The notes under the pieces: model-generated
What the model was told of the DNA's origin: nothing
The model's database searches: none
The model's input: only the letters and a program-made list of their open reading frames with translations
Shown: positions 47,291 through 58,017 of the stretch, piece by piece
Layout of the letters: each line of letters begins with the position of its first letter
Numbering within the stretch: position 1 is the stretch's first letter
Source: Candidatus Yanofskybacteria bacterium
GTDB lineage: Bacteria > Patescibacteriota > Minisyncoccia > 2-02-FULL-40-12 > GWA2-44-9
Assembly (NCBI GenBank): GCA_020852375.1
Contig: JADZAY010000019.1
Coordinates: 15,319 to 79,318 of the forward strand
DNA length: 64,000 bases
Direction: 5' to 3'
Made by a program: the position numbers and the translations under genes

Positions 47291-47664
47291 GGCATCCTCC
47301 TTTGGGACGGTCGAACCCTTTGCTCTTCGTATGTGATCGTGCAGAGCCAGCGGGCGATCCCCGCATACAGCGCGAGGATCGTTACGAGTGCCAAGAGGTC
47401 CCATCGCTGCCCCATGAATCCCAGAAAAAGGGTCTGGGGTAGGGAGCTACTACCAACGGCAGCCAGAATGGCGGGGACCGCGGCGTGCGCCTCGATGCGC
47501 GCCTTCCCAAGGATCCAGGCGACTGCAAGGCTGCCGGCAATGCTTCCGACGACGGGGAGCATGGTGCTGATAGCGGCTCCGATGACGGTGGCACAGGCCG
47601 CCAATTCTGAGCGGCTCATCGCGCTCAGCCGCGTGTGTGCCAATACGGCGGATCGAGCAAGCAT
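47287..47664 (-). CDS. small multi-pass membrane protein
   Basis: TTGACC-17-TATCTT promoter and AAGGAGG SD; hydrophobic. Confidence 0.6.
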   Translation of the reverse strand: MLARSAVLAHTRLSAMSRSELAACATVIGAAISTMLPVVGSIAGSLAVAWILGKARIEAHAAVPAILAAVGSSSLPQTLFLGFMGQRWDLLALVTILALYAGIARWLCTITYEEQRVRPSQRRMP

Positions 47665-47788
47665 AGACGCCTCCTTGTGTTTGTCGAAGGACTCGCGCGA
47701 AGATACCGCATGCCAAACGGGAGGTCAATGGATGTGTTGCGTCATCGGGCAAACTTTGATATAATTTCCGTCGCTTCTCCCCACCGAT

Positions 47789-49642
<1,854 letters not shown>

Positions 49643-49666
49643 AAGCTCGACAGACCGCGATGTTCC

Positions 49667-50026
49667 GTGTACCATCCCCTCAGTTCATATGGGAGCGATG
49701 GTATGGCGCAACCGTGTATCCGGCTAGATGCTATCGGATGCTGCGCGATGGTCCACGCGTTTCTTCGGCACCCGTCGCACATACGCGAATGGGGTAGGGC
49801 AGTCGGGCAGTTCAATACGCTCTACGAGATCTTTACGAACACAAACTCGCTCGTGTTTGCTCCGAATGAGATGGCAGCTGCTGCGTATCGAGCCTTTGCA
49901 CTGGCAGAGATCGCGCGATTGGGTGGCAGTGGTCCCGATCGGCTGATGTGCCGGCATGGTGCGGCGCGACATATTGCCGCACTGAAGGAATTTATTGCTG
50001 CTCTTCCGCGGCAGCGCGCGAACTAA
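49667..50026 (+). CDS. hypothetical protein (start uncertain)
   Basis: ORF fills the gap between typA and a terminator hairpin at about 50024-50049. Confidence 0.45.
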   Translation: MYHPLSSYGSDGMAQPCIRLDAIGCCAMVHAFLRHPSHIREWGRAVGQFNTLYEIFTNTNSLVFAPNEMAAAAYRAFALAEIARLGGSGPDRLMCRHGAARHIAALKEFIAALPRQRAN

Positions 50027-50063
50027 CTCCCCCATGACGGGGGAGTTATTGTCTCGTCCGCTC

Positions 50064-51161
50064 TTAGTAGGTCGGGATGCCGTGGCGGTAGATGGTGCCG
50101 AATGTCGTTCCGTTGATGACGACGTCGTATTGTCCTACTGGAGCGGACGCGAGATCGAGAACTGCTCCAGATGAGAATGGCCGTGTTATCTGAACACACG
50201 CTCCGCTGTTCGGACTGACCACTGCCGATGCGGAGACGCCGATGAGAAATTTCCACCCGACTCGTCCGACGGTCACCGGGTCAAGCGTGTAGCACGGGGT
50301 GGGGAGATACCCGGAGAATGTGACCAGTGCTGATGACTGATAAGTGCTGAGTGTCGGGATCTGCGCGCTGGTGACGGTAGCCTGTTGCGAGATGGTGGTC
50401 GTGGTCGGCGTTGGAGTTGGGCACACGAGGACCGGGTCGCAAGGGGCGCGAATACACTGCACCTGCTGGTAGTAGCAGCCCGGAGGAGGTGTTGGCGTAG
50501 TCCCCGGGCACCACCCTTCAACGGGTTCCGGAATGCTACACGATGGTGTTGCGTCGAGGCATACGGGGCGAACTTGGCATGCGCGGCGGAAGTACTGCGG
50601 GATGTCGGCAATACGGGTGTAGGGCGTGATGCTCTTGGGGTAGTAGTCGTCTTCGCGCGAGTTGATGCAGAACACTTTATCAAAGAAGCGGCCATCCTCC
50701 GCACTTGCCTGATCGCCGGTCATTTGCACATGGTGCAGGACGCCATTATCCTCACCGGTCACTTCGGTTGCCCAAACTTTTTGCTCGTTCGTCTCGCAGT
50801 TGCGGAACAATCCGGAGGTTACGAACGAATCGCGAACTGCTGCGGTGACCTGGTGAACCTTTGCGTATCCGCCAAGGTGGCCGTACATACTGAAAATTGC
50901 GGGATTCAGGAAAAGTCGTTTGAATCCGTTATAGTCGCCATAGTTTGCACCGGGTGTCGCGTAGCCTGTGAACCCCTTGAGCTTGATAATAAAGATATCC
51001 GGATCCCCAGCGCTCTGGTTCGCCGAGATGAGATCACCGTCATGGAGCGGGGTGCCGAAGATGTCGACCGTTGCAGGCGGAACGGCGGCGGCGGGGTGTA
51101 CTGCAATGGTGACGATGCTGGCAATGCCGAGCATGAGACCCACGAGGAGGAGTTTTTTCAT
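50064..51161 (-). CDS. secreted protein with N-terminal KRLFLNP domain and Cys-rich modules
   Basis: Signal peptide; DGDLISA…DPDIFI…KRLFLNP.IF..YGHLGG…FRNCETN…VFCINS; CYYQQVQCIRAPCDPVLVC; G.LPTPC…CVQ…G.Y.V..NG. Confidence 0.85.
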   Translation of the reverse strand: MKKLLLVGLMLGIASIVTIAVHPAAAVPPATVDIFGTPLHDGDLISANQSAGDPDIFIIKLKGFTGYATPGANYGDYNGFKRLFLNPAIFSMYGHLGGYAKVHQVTAAVRDSFVTSGLFRNCETNEQKVWATEVTGEDNGVLHHVQMTGDQASAEDGRFFDKVFCINSREDDYYPKSITPYTRIADIPQYFRRACQVRPVCLDATPSCSIPEPVEGWCPGTTPTPPPGCYYQQVQCIRAPCDPVLVCPTPTPTTTTISQQATVTSAQIPTLSTYQSSALVTFSGYLPTPCYTLDPVTVGRVGWKFLIGVSASAVVSPNSGACVQITRPFSSGAVLDLASAPVGQYDVVINGTTFGTIYRHGIPTY

Positions 51162-51261
51162 ATACCAGTAGTATACGGGCATACCGAGGGCTCACAAGGT
51201 TGTCGGTGGACAATAAACCCCCGAGTTTCCTCGGGGGTGAGTTCTTCGGCTCATGTCATGC

Positions 51262-51459
51262 CTACTCGATGCCGTGGCATTCGCGGAGGTGGAGGCTGAG
51301 CAGAAGTGGGTGGACGTGGGTGTGGCCGTGTCCGCAGCCGGTGCAACATGGTATGGCGTGGCGGATGCCTGGTTCGAAGTGGCATCTACACATGCAGCGA
51401 TGAGTGCAGTGTGCGGGGGAGCCTTTTTCAACGATCAGGTCGATCGGGCCGCTGCTCAC
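51262..51459 (-). CDS. small Cys/His-rich putative metal-binding protein (65 aa)
   Basis: TGATATACT, AAGGAGG SD and GTG at 51459; HCTHRCMCRCH…HAIPCCTGCGHGHTHVH…HLRECH; terminator at about 51216-51240. Confidence 0.6.
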   Translation of the reverse strand: MSSGPIDLIVEKGSPAHCTHRCMCRCHFEPGIRHAIPCCTGCGHGHTHVHPLLLSLHLRECHGIE

Positions 51460-51528
51460 GGTGCCTCCTTGACTTATGCCTATTTTCAGTATATCAAGGG
51501 CTAGGTTCTTGCACAAGGAGGGGGACGC

Positions 51529-52083
51529 ATGCTCGGATTGATCGCCGTGATGCTCTTGCAGATCGCTCCGGTAGACGCCCTGCAGCCGGGCGCTCAGTAT
51601 TTCTGGAGCCCGCCCTGCATCGTCCAGAAGTCGGATCCGACCAACCGAGTCGAGCGGTTGTTCGCGAAGCACTTTACGGCATCCGGCGTTACGGTGCGGC
51701 TCGTGCGGTGTCGGCAGCCTGAGGGACGCTTCTCGCCCGTCTTCGCGACCGATCCGATCGAGGGTGTCGGGGTAGTTGCCATCTACAGCGAGGAATTCGA
51801 GGCGCTGACGTTCAGCGAACTCGCACTTGAGGGCCTTGTGGCTCACGAGGTCGCCCACATGACGCTCAAGGCGACGTGTCAGGGCCTCGGAAGCTTAGAG
51901 GAGTACATTTCGTGTGAGTCCGATGTCGACCATGAGGCCGCTCGGCATGCGAGTCCGGCCGCAGTGGAGGCGGCGCTGATCGCGTACCATCGGATGCATC
52001 TCCACATGGCCGCTCAAGCGCTTGCCGAGATCCGTCGACGTCTCATCGATGAGCGCTTGCCGCGGTTGCGGCGGCGGAGGTAG
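51529..52083 (+). CDS. secreted zinc metalloprotease-like protein (HExxH…E)
   Basis: AAGGAGG SD; signal peptide; LVAHEVAH…CESDVDHEA. Confidence 0.7.
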   Translation: MLGLIAVMLLQIAPVDALQPGAQYFWSPPCIVQKSDPTNRVERLFAKHFTASGVTVRLVRCRQPEGRFSPVFATDPIEGVGVVAIYSEEFEALTFSELALEGLVAHEVAHMTLKATCQGLGSLEEYISCESDVDHEAARHASPAAVEAALIAYHRMHLHMAAQALAEIRRRLIDERLPRLRRRR

Positions 52084-52085
52084 CT

Positions 52086-52589
52086 ATGGGATCTGCGTTG
52101 CTGATGGCCATGCTTGCGCTTGCCGAGGCGAACGAGCCGTATCGGATCGATCCTGTGCTGACCGAGCGGGTACAGGCACAGGCGCGGTCGTATGGGCTGG
52201 AGTACCGCGTCGTTGTTGCGGTGGTGCCGTCGTGGAAAGCGCAGGGCAAGGTGCAGGTGGAGACGCGTTTCCGAGGCGGTATCGTCGCCATCCTCGTTAG
52301 CCCCATTCTCTACGAGGAAATGGACGGCGGGGCGTTCAGGGCGATGTTCGCTCACGAGCTTGCACATACGCTTCGTCCGTGCGGGCTTCGTCCATACACA
52401 TCGATCGCCGAGCACAACGCATGTGAGCATGCGGCGGATGCACAGGCGGCCGCGTGGGTGGGGAAGCGGGAAGTCTTGCGCGGATTGTGCCAGGTGAGGG
52501 CGATCGGCTGGGACTGGCGATACAATACCGACGCGACACCGATGAACGAGCGCATCCGGCTCCTGCACAACCGAACGGACATACGGTAA
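52086..52589 (+). CDS. secreted M48-like zinc metalloprotease (HExxH…ExxAD)
   Basis: FAHELAH…CEHAADAQA…P..ERI..L. Confidence 0.75.
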   Translation: MGSALLMAMLALAEANEPYRIDPVLTERVQAQARSYGLEYRVVVAVVPSWKAQGKVQVETRFRGGIVAILVSPILYEEMDGGAFRAMFAHELAHTLRPCGLRPYTSIAEHNACEHAADAQAAAWVGKREVLRGLCQVRAIGWDWRYNTDATPMNERIRLLHNRTDIR

Positions 52590-52591
52590 AC

Positions 52592-52618
52592 AAAGCCCCG
52601 ATGGAGATCGGGGCTTTT
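52592..52618. terminator. terminator hairpin
   Basis: AAAGCCCCGAT-ggag-ATCGGGGCTTTT. Confidence 0.75.
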
Positions 52619-52630
52619 CGTGCCATTGTT

Positions 52631-52969
52631 TCAGATGGCGCCGAGAGCTCGCGCGAGCGCGGCGGTGCCCAGAGCGAGGAAGAGCAGCTGTCGCGGGTAC
52701 CACAGCCACATCCGCGCGTTCACCAGCGACCATCCGCAGGGGACCGTTGTTCCGGCAACGAGCGCCGTACCGCAGGCGAACCAGCCGATAGCGATGAGCG
52801 ACGGCGTGGCCGCGAGACTGCCCAGCGAGACGCACAGCGCGCTGGCGGCGAACACCGCGTTCCACGCGTGGTTGCGGATGGGGCGGTACCGTGTCTGCCA
52901 TCCGAGCATCTTCGCGATGTGGCGGTACAGCTCGCGTACCGCCATCAATGCCATCAATGCGTACACCAT
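52631..52969 (-). CDS. small membrane protein
   Basis: GGAGG SD; hydrophobic segments; the ORF runs into the terminator region. Confidence 0.5.
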   Translation of the reverse strand: MVYALMALMAVRELYRHIAKMLGWQTRYRPIRNHAWNAVFAASALCVSLGSLAATPSLIAIGWFACGTALVAGTTVPCGWSLVNARMWLWYPRQLLFLALGTAALARALGAI

Positions 52970-53027
52970 CGGATCCTCCGTGGATACGTTGTATCACGCC
53001 GTTCGCGGTTGCGCCAGCGCCTGGTTC

Positions 53028-53840
53028 CTAGAGCTTGTTCACGTCGCGCTCGTACTTCTCGGCTTCTGTGCACACGCGCTCCATGTAGGTGACGGCCTCG
53101 ACGGGATACTTCCCGCGAGCGGTCTCTTCAGAGAGCATCACGGCGTCGGCGCCCAGGATGATGGCGTATGCGATATCGGTGATCTCTGCGCGGGTCGGCT
53201 CGGGATTTTCCACCATGCTCTTGAGCATTTCGGTGGCGACGATAACGGGGGTGCGATGTTCTTTGCAGTGGTGAACGACGAGCGCCTCGGCGAACGGAAC
53301 CTGCTCGAGCGGGATGCTCTGGCCGAGGTCACCGCGCCCGAGCATAACCGCATCGCTGGCGGCGATGATCTCTTCGATGTTGTCGAGCGCCTCTTTCCGT
53401 TCCACTTTTGCCATAACCTTCGGAAGCCCCTTCTCCGCGGGCACACTGCCGTTTCGCTTTTGTATCTCTTGTCGGAGCTGTTCCACATCCTTTGCCGAGC
53501 CGACGAACGAAAGGCACACATATTCAACCCACTGCGAAAGGCCGAAATCGAGATCAATCAGATCTTTTTCGGTGATGACCTGAATAGCATTCGGGTCCAT
53601 GTGGTGTTCGCTGCCGGTTTGTACACGCGGTCCGGAGAGGTCTTGGATGATGGGGATAACGCGGCCGGCGCGCTTGGCTGCTGCGCGAACGTTCTCGATC
53701 AGAGCTCGGTGCTCATCGTGCGTGCCATGGCTGAAGTTTAGCCGTGCGACATCCATACCGTGCGCGATGAGCGCGTCAAGAACTGCGGGATCCTTTGATG
53801 CGGGACCGATGGTACAGACGATTTGGGTACGAGTGGGCAT
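53028..53840 (-). CDS. pyk: pyruvate kinase, minimal (A domain only)
   Basis: IVCTIGPAS, ARLNFSHG, DLSGP, AKVE, GRGDLG, ATEML.SM, PTRAE.TD and MLSEETA.GKYP motifs. Confidence 0.9.
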   Translation of the reverse strand: MPTRTQIVCTIGPASKDPAVLDALIAHGMDVARLNFSHGTHDEHRALIENVRAAAKRAGRVIPIIQDLSGPRVQTGSEHHMDPNAIQVITEKDLIDLDFGLSQWVEYVCLSFVGSAKDVEQLRQEIQKRNGSVPAEKGLPKVMAKVERKEALDNIEEIIAASDAVMLGRGDLGQSIPLEQVPFAEALVVHHCKEHRTPVIVATEMLKSMVENPEPTRAEITDIAYAIILGADAVMLSEETARGKYPVEAVTYMERVCTEAEKYERDVNKL

Positions 53841-53858
53841 AGAGCTATTCTAGCATTC

Positions 53859-54176
53859 CTACTCCCAAAAAATGAGTACAAGAGACGCAACGCCGAACAC
53901 GAACCCGATGAGCTGTGTGCGGGTGACGGTTTCGTTGTACATGCCTACACCGATTAACACGGCAAGAAGCGCCGATACGACCGAGAAAATGACGGCTCCG
54001 CGACCAAGGCCGGAGCCGTTGTGGAGTGCGAACAGCCAGAATGTATTTGCTGCGAGATATGCGGCGAGTGCGCCGGCCGCAAGAAGCGAGCCGCCAACCA
54101 GCGACCATTTTTTCGCCACGATATCAGCGACCAATTCAAAGAATATGAGAATGCCGAGCGGAAGGAGCCATTTCAT
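53859..54176 (-). CDS. SMR/DMT-family small membrane transporter
   Basis: 105 aa, four TMs, with Glu in TM1 (FFELVAD). Confidence 0.75.
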   Translation of the reverse strand: MKWLLPLGILIFFELVADIVAKKWSLVGGSLLAAGALAAYLAANTFWLFALHNGSGLGRGAVIFSVVSALLAVLIGVGMYNETVTRTQLIGFVFGVASLVLIFWE

Positions 54177-55417
54177 GCAAGCAATTCAATGAACCGATTG
54201 TACTTGGCGACGCGCTCGCCGCGCTGAGGGCCACCAGCTTTCACTGCGAAGACTCCGAATGCGACGGCGAGATCGGCAATGAACGAGTCATTCGTCTCGC
54301 CTGAGCGGTGGGACACAATGCACTCGATACCGTTCTCGCGGGCGAGCTTCATAGTGTTCAGAGTTTCGGTGAGGGTCCCCACCTGGTTGACCTTGATGAT
54401 GACGCCAGAGATTGCCTTCTGCTCGATGGCCTGTGTTAGGAATGTTGTGTTCGTAACCGTGAGGTCGTCGCCAACGATAACGGTCGAGCCGTCGTTGAGC
54501 CGTGTAAAATCAGCGAACGCGGTTTCATGGAACGGATCTTCAATGTAGAGGAGCGGGAAATCGCGGATGATACCGCGAAGCTCCGCTTCCAATTCTGCGG
54601 CGGTGTGCGTGCCGGCGTCGTAGGAGTAGCGGTCGGCCGCATCATCGTAGAACGACGATGCGGCAACGTCCATTGCAAGCTTGATACGGCGGTCGAGGTC
54701 GAGCTCCGCGGCGGTCTCCATGAGGAGTGTGAGTGGCGTGCGCACCGAGGGGAGATCGGGGGCGAAGCCGCCCTCGTCGCCGACGTTGGCGTGCACCGCG
54801 CCGTATTCCTTGGCGATCCGTTTCTTGAGCGCATGCATGATGCGCGTCCCGATGTTCATGGCTTCGGCGACGTCATCAACGTCTGGGACGAGCTTGTATT
54901 CCTGGAATGCCAATCGCGTTGCGGCGTGCTTGCCGCCGTTCACGAGGTTCATGCCGAAGTAGGGTGTCCGGCGTCCGGTCGCAGAGCGCGAAATATCGGG
55001 AGCGAGCGAGCGGAGATACTCCGGAAGCGGTGCTCCCAGCGCGACGGCGGCAGCCTTCGCGATGGCGATCGACACGCCGACGATGGCATTGCCCCCGAGC
55101 TTGGATTTATTCGGCGTGCCGTCTATGGCAATCATCCGTTCGTCGATTGCCCGTTGGTCGCGGGCGTCCATGCCGATAAGCGCGTCCGCGAGGTTCACAC
55201 TCACATGGGTCGCTGCTTTCAGAACTCCGGCTCCGCCGAATCGGTTGGCGGTGGCATCGCGCAGCTCGATGGCTTCATGGGTGCCGGTTGATGCACCCGA
55301 GGGGACCCCGAACGAACCCGAACCGCCTTCGCAGGCGATCGTTACTTCGAGCGTCGGGACTCCGCGGGAATCAAGAATCTCGCGTGCGTGAATACCGGTA
55401 ATCGTGGCGCGGGACAT
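54173..55417 (-). CDS. eno: enolase
   Basis: AREILDSRG, PSGASTG..EA, VGDEGGFAP, DVAAS, EDPF, GDDL, KVNQVGT, SHRSGET and ERVAKYN motifs; true start placed at 55417. Confidence 0.96.
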   Translation of the reverse strand: MSRATITGIHAREILDSRGVPTLEVTIACEGGSGSFGVPSGASTGTHEAIELRDATANRFGGAGVLKAATHVSVNLADALIGMDARDQRAIDERMIAIDGTPNKSKLGGNAIVGVSIAIAKAAAVALGAPLPEYLRSLAPDISRSATGRRTPYFGMNLVNGGKHAATRLAFQEYKLVPDVDDVAEAMNIGTRIMHALKKRIAKEYGAVHANVGDEGGFAPDLPSVRTPLTLLMETAAELDLDRRIKLAMDVAASSFYDDAADRYSYDAGTHTAAELEAELRGIIRDFPLLYIEDPFHETAFADFTRLNDGSTVIVGDDLTVTNTTFLTQAIEQKAISGVIIKVNQVGTLTETLNTMKLARENGIECIVSHRSGETNDSFIADLAVAFGVFAVKAGGPQRGERVAKYNRFIELLA

Positions 55418-55441
55418 GTGTGTTGATTTTAGCATACTCGT

Positions 55442-55777
55442 GTGGTAGAGAAGAGCGTGTGGAGGTGGAGAGTGGACATACTTCGCGACGCCGGTTTTCG
55501 GGAGCGAGCTGTTACGCGGACGCGGAAGCTCGTCGAAGCGGAGATCAGCTCCATTCGCTCGGCGAACTGCCAGCAGAATGCGCAAGCGCACTTCGACGCG
55601 ATCTGGGGCATCCTCGAGGCGGCGTTGCGGCTTACGCTTCTCCCGCACATCGAAAAGAGAGACATCCTGGAGCTGCGCTCTCAGCTGACCCCGTGTGTCG
55701 GCCCGATGTTCATGCTGGGGATGTTCCACGAGGCGGGGGAGCTGACGGCCCGCCATGTGACGAGCATTCTGCCCTAG
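55442..55777 (+). CDS. hypothetical protein (start uncertain)
   Basis: ORF followed by the terminator GGCCCGGAA…TTCCGGGCCTTTT. Confidence 0.45.
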   Translation: MVEKSVWRWRVDILRDAGFRERAVTRTRKLVEAEISSIRSANCQQNAQAHFDAIWGILEAALRLTLLPHIEKRDILELRSQLTPCVGPMFMLGMFHEAGELTARHVTSILP

Positions 55778-55822
55778 CAATACGGCCCGGAAACCACTGT
55801 GTTCCGGGCCTTTTCGCACCCC

Positions 55823-55851
55823 TTGCTTTTTTGTTCGGACCGTGCTATACT
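55823..55851 (+). promoter_or_regulatory. sigma70 promoter of the RRM gene
   Basis: TTGCTT-17 nt-TATACT with extended TG. Confidence 0.7.
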
Positions 55852-55990
55852 TCAATTCAGCGTAGGTATCTCGGCAGCCAGTCGCCTCGTGCGAAGGGTC
55901 TCGACGGGAGGTCGCCCTCACGCAACATACGTGTTTTGTACCGGACCGCGTAACGATATCGTTGCTCGGGACGCACAAAGCGCAGAAGAA

Positions 55991-56287
55991 ATGGCGAACA
56001 AGCTTTACATCGGCAACCTGCCTTACAGCACGACCGGTGAAGAGTTGCAGCAGCAGTTCTCGCAGGCTGGCCAGGTCTCTGAAGCCGTCGTTATGATGGA
56101 CAAGATGACCGGTCGTTCCCGCGGGTTCGGCTTCGTCACCATGGCATCCGATGAGGATGCACAGAAGGCCATTGAGATGTTCAATGGTAAGGACTTCGGC
56201 GGCCGCGCAATCGTGGTCAATGAAGCCCGTCCGATGGAGCAGCGCGCTCCTCGCTCTGACCGTGGTGGCTTCGGTGGCGGATACTAA
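55991..56287 (+). CDS. RRM RNA-binding protein
   Basis: RNP2 LYIGNL, RNP1 RGFGFVTM and a Gly-rich tail; terminator at about 56306-56338. Confidence 0.95.
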   Translation: MANKLYIGNLPYSTTGEELQQQFSQAGQVSEAVVMMDKMTGRSRGFGFVTMASDEDAQKAIEMFNGKDFGGRAIVVNEARPMEQRAPRSDRGGFGGGY

Positions 56288-56362
56288 TCCGTACCGACTA
56301 CTCAACAGAAGGCGCCCGAAAGGGCGTCTTCTGTTTTTGCTGGAAAGCGCTACACTATTTTC

Positions 56363-56608
56363 ATGCACATCAATACCAAGTTTCGCATTCTCGAGTTCAT
56401 TGTTGCTGGTATTCTGCTCGATCTCGTGGAGAACCTCGTGGTCTTCAAGGTCGCCGCCGGCCGGACACTCGTGCTCGAGGAGATGTTGGTCGCAGTTGCG
56501 GTCATCGTCCCGTTCGCCGCGGTCACCGAACTGGTGATCGATCATCCGCGTTTCTGGCATCGTCTTTTCCGCATGAAGGGGCACAAGTTCGACCATCTGA
56601 AACTCTAG
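56363..56608 (+). CDS. small membrane protein
   Basis: Two hydrophobic segments with acidic residues (EF..G…D..EN; PFA..TELVID). Confidence 0.7.
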   Translation: MHINTKFRILEFIVAGILLDLVENLVVFKVAAGRTLVLEEMLVAVAVIVPFAAVTELVIDHPRFWHRLFRMKGHKFDHLKL

Positions 56609-56615
56609 CGAATCC

Positions 56616-57134
56616 ATGATCGTCCTCATCACCGGAAACGGAAAAGGGAAGACGACCGCCGCTATCGGGCAGGCCGTGCGCGCGGTTGGCGATGGGCGGC
56701 GAGCTCTCATGGTGCAGTTCATTAAAGGCCCCTGGCGTTCCGGTGAGGACGATGCGCAGATGCTTCTGCGTCCGTGGTTCAAGATCGTCAAAACGGGGCT
56801 GGGATTCGTGGGTATTCTCGGCGACACCCTGCCGCGGGAGGAGCATGTCCGTGCCGCCCGAGAGGGTCTCGCATTCGCCTACGGGGAGGTCATGAGCGGC
56901 TCCTGGGATCTTGTCATCCTCGATGAAGTGAACAATGCCGTGCATCTCGGCCTTCTCTCGGTCGCCGATGTACTCGAAGTGCTTCGCGCTGTGCCTGATG
57001 GGGTGGACCTTGTCCTGACGGGACGGGATGCCCCTCCAGAATTCATCGAGCGGGCCGATATCGTCTCCGAGGTCATGGAGGTAAAGCATCCCTATCAACA
57101 CGGACAGGAGGGGCAAAAGGGTATTGAGTGGTAA
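56616..57134 (+). CDS. cobO: cob(I)yrinic acid a,c-diamide adenosyltransferase (CobO/BtuR type)
   Basis: TGNGKGKTTAAIG, QFIKG, DLVILDE, LTGR and KHPY..G motifs. Confidence 0.92.
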   Translation: MIVLITGNGKGKTTAAIGQAVRAVGDGRRALMVQFIKGPWRSGEDDAQMLLRPWFKIVKTGLGFVGILGDTLPREEHVRAAREGLAFAYGEVMSGSWDLVILDEVNNAVHLGLLSVADVLEVLRAVPDGVDLVLTGRDAPPEFIERADIVSEVMEVKHPYQHGQEGQKGIEW

Positions 57135-57143
57135 TATACTGGC

Positions 57144-57404
57144 ATGGCACAATTCACACTTCTCGTAGCGTCGGCGGCGATTGCGGTCTTCGGGTGGGGA
57201 TGGGTGAAGCAGCGCATCATGCCTCGCCCCATGGATCGCGTTCGCATGGAGCAGCAGCTCCAGAAAGAGGGCGTTCTCAAGAGCGACGGGACCATCGCGG
57301 CAGATAAAGAGTTCGATGTCGAGCTGAACGCACTCGCGCGTGAACTGAACGCGCTTGATGCTGATGCGGCTGCGGAGCTGGACGCCACGGCGTCGGTGCA
57401 GTAG
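57144..57404 (+). CDS. small membrane-anchored protein
   Basis: N-terminal TM and acidic helical tail. Confidence 0.65.
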   Translation: MAQFTLLVASAAIAVFGWGWVKQRIMPRPMDRVRMEQQLQKEGVLKSDGTIAADKEFDVELNALARELNALDADAAAELDATASVQ

Positions 57405-57412
57405 GGTGCGGC

Positions 57413-57757
57413 ATGGGCGACTTCAAGCCGCCGCGCGACAATGCAAACTTTCGCTGGACGCACCACGTGGTGCGGAAGCTTCGGTTCTATGCGCTCACGC
57501 CGAGCCGCGTGCTCCGGGTGATCCGCGCGCCTGAGCGGGTCGAAGACGGGGTCGCTGAAGGCACGCTTGCCGCCATGCAGACCGCGGGCACCAAAGCGAA
57601 GCCGTGGGAGGTGTGGGTGATGTGGCGTGAGGAGGGGAAACGGAGGGTCGTGATCACGGCGTGGCGGTATCCCGGGGTCTCACCGGTGCGTGAGCGGGTG
57701 CCGCTTCCTGCGGGCGTGCTTGCGGAGCTGGAGTCTGAGGGGCTCTTGGATGCCTAA
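57413..57757 (+). CDS. hypothetical protein (DUF4258-like)
   Basis: WTHH…V..VIR.PER…VITAWRYPG. Confidence 0.7.
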   Translation: MGDFKPPRDNANFRWTHHVVRKLRFYALTPSRVLRVIRAPERVEDGVAEGTLAAMQTAGTKAKPWEVWVMWREEGKRRVVITAWRYPGVSPVRERVPLPAGVLAELESEGLLDA

Positions 57758-57780
57758 TCCTTTTGTGGTATAATCCGGAT

Positions 57781-58017
57781 ATGTTCAACGACATCCTGCA
57801 GATACCGCTGGATCGCCAGCTTTGGTATCTCGCACTGTTCGCGTGGGTGGTAGTGTGGAAGGGGCTTGCCCTGTGGCGAGCGGCTCAGAAGGAGCAGAAG
57901 TGGTGGTTCATCGCTCTGCTCGTGGTGAATACGCTCGGGATCCTCGAGATCCTCTACGTATACGTGTTTTCGGTCGAGCGACCGAAGGCTCGCGCCGAGG
58001 AGGCGAAAACCGAGTAA
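57781..58017 (+). CDS. DUF5652-like small membrane protein
   Basis: WKGLALWRAA…WFIALLVVNTLGILEILY. Confidence 0.85.
   Translation: MFNDILQIPLDRQLWYLALFAWVVVWKGLALWRAAQKEQKWWFIALLVVNTLGILEILYVYVFSVERPKARAEEAKTE

Noticed and set aside
54173-56827. 884-aa ORF suggesting an enolase fusion
   Set aside because: The upstream ~470 codons are antisense to the real + strand genes (RRM, cobO and others). Enolase homology starts at 55417.
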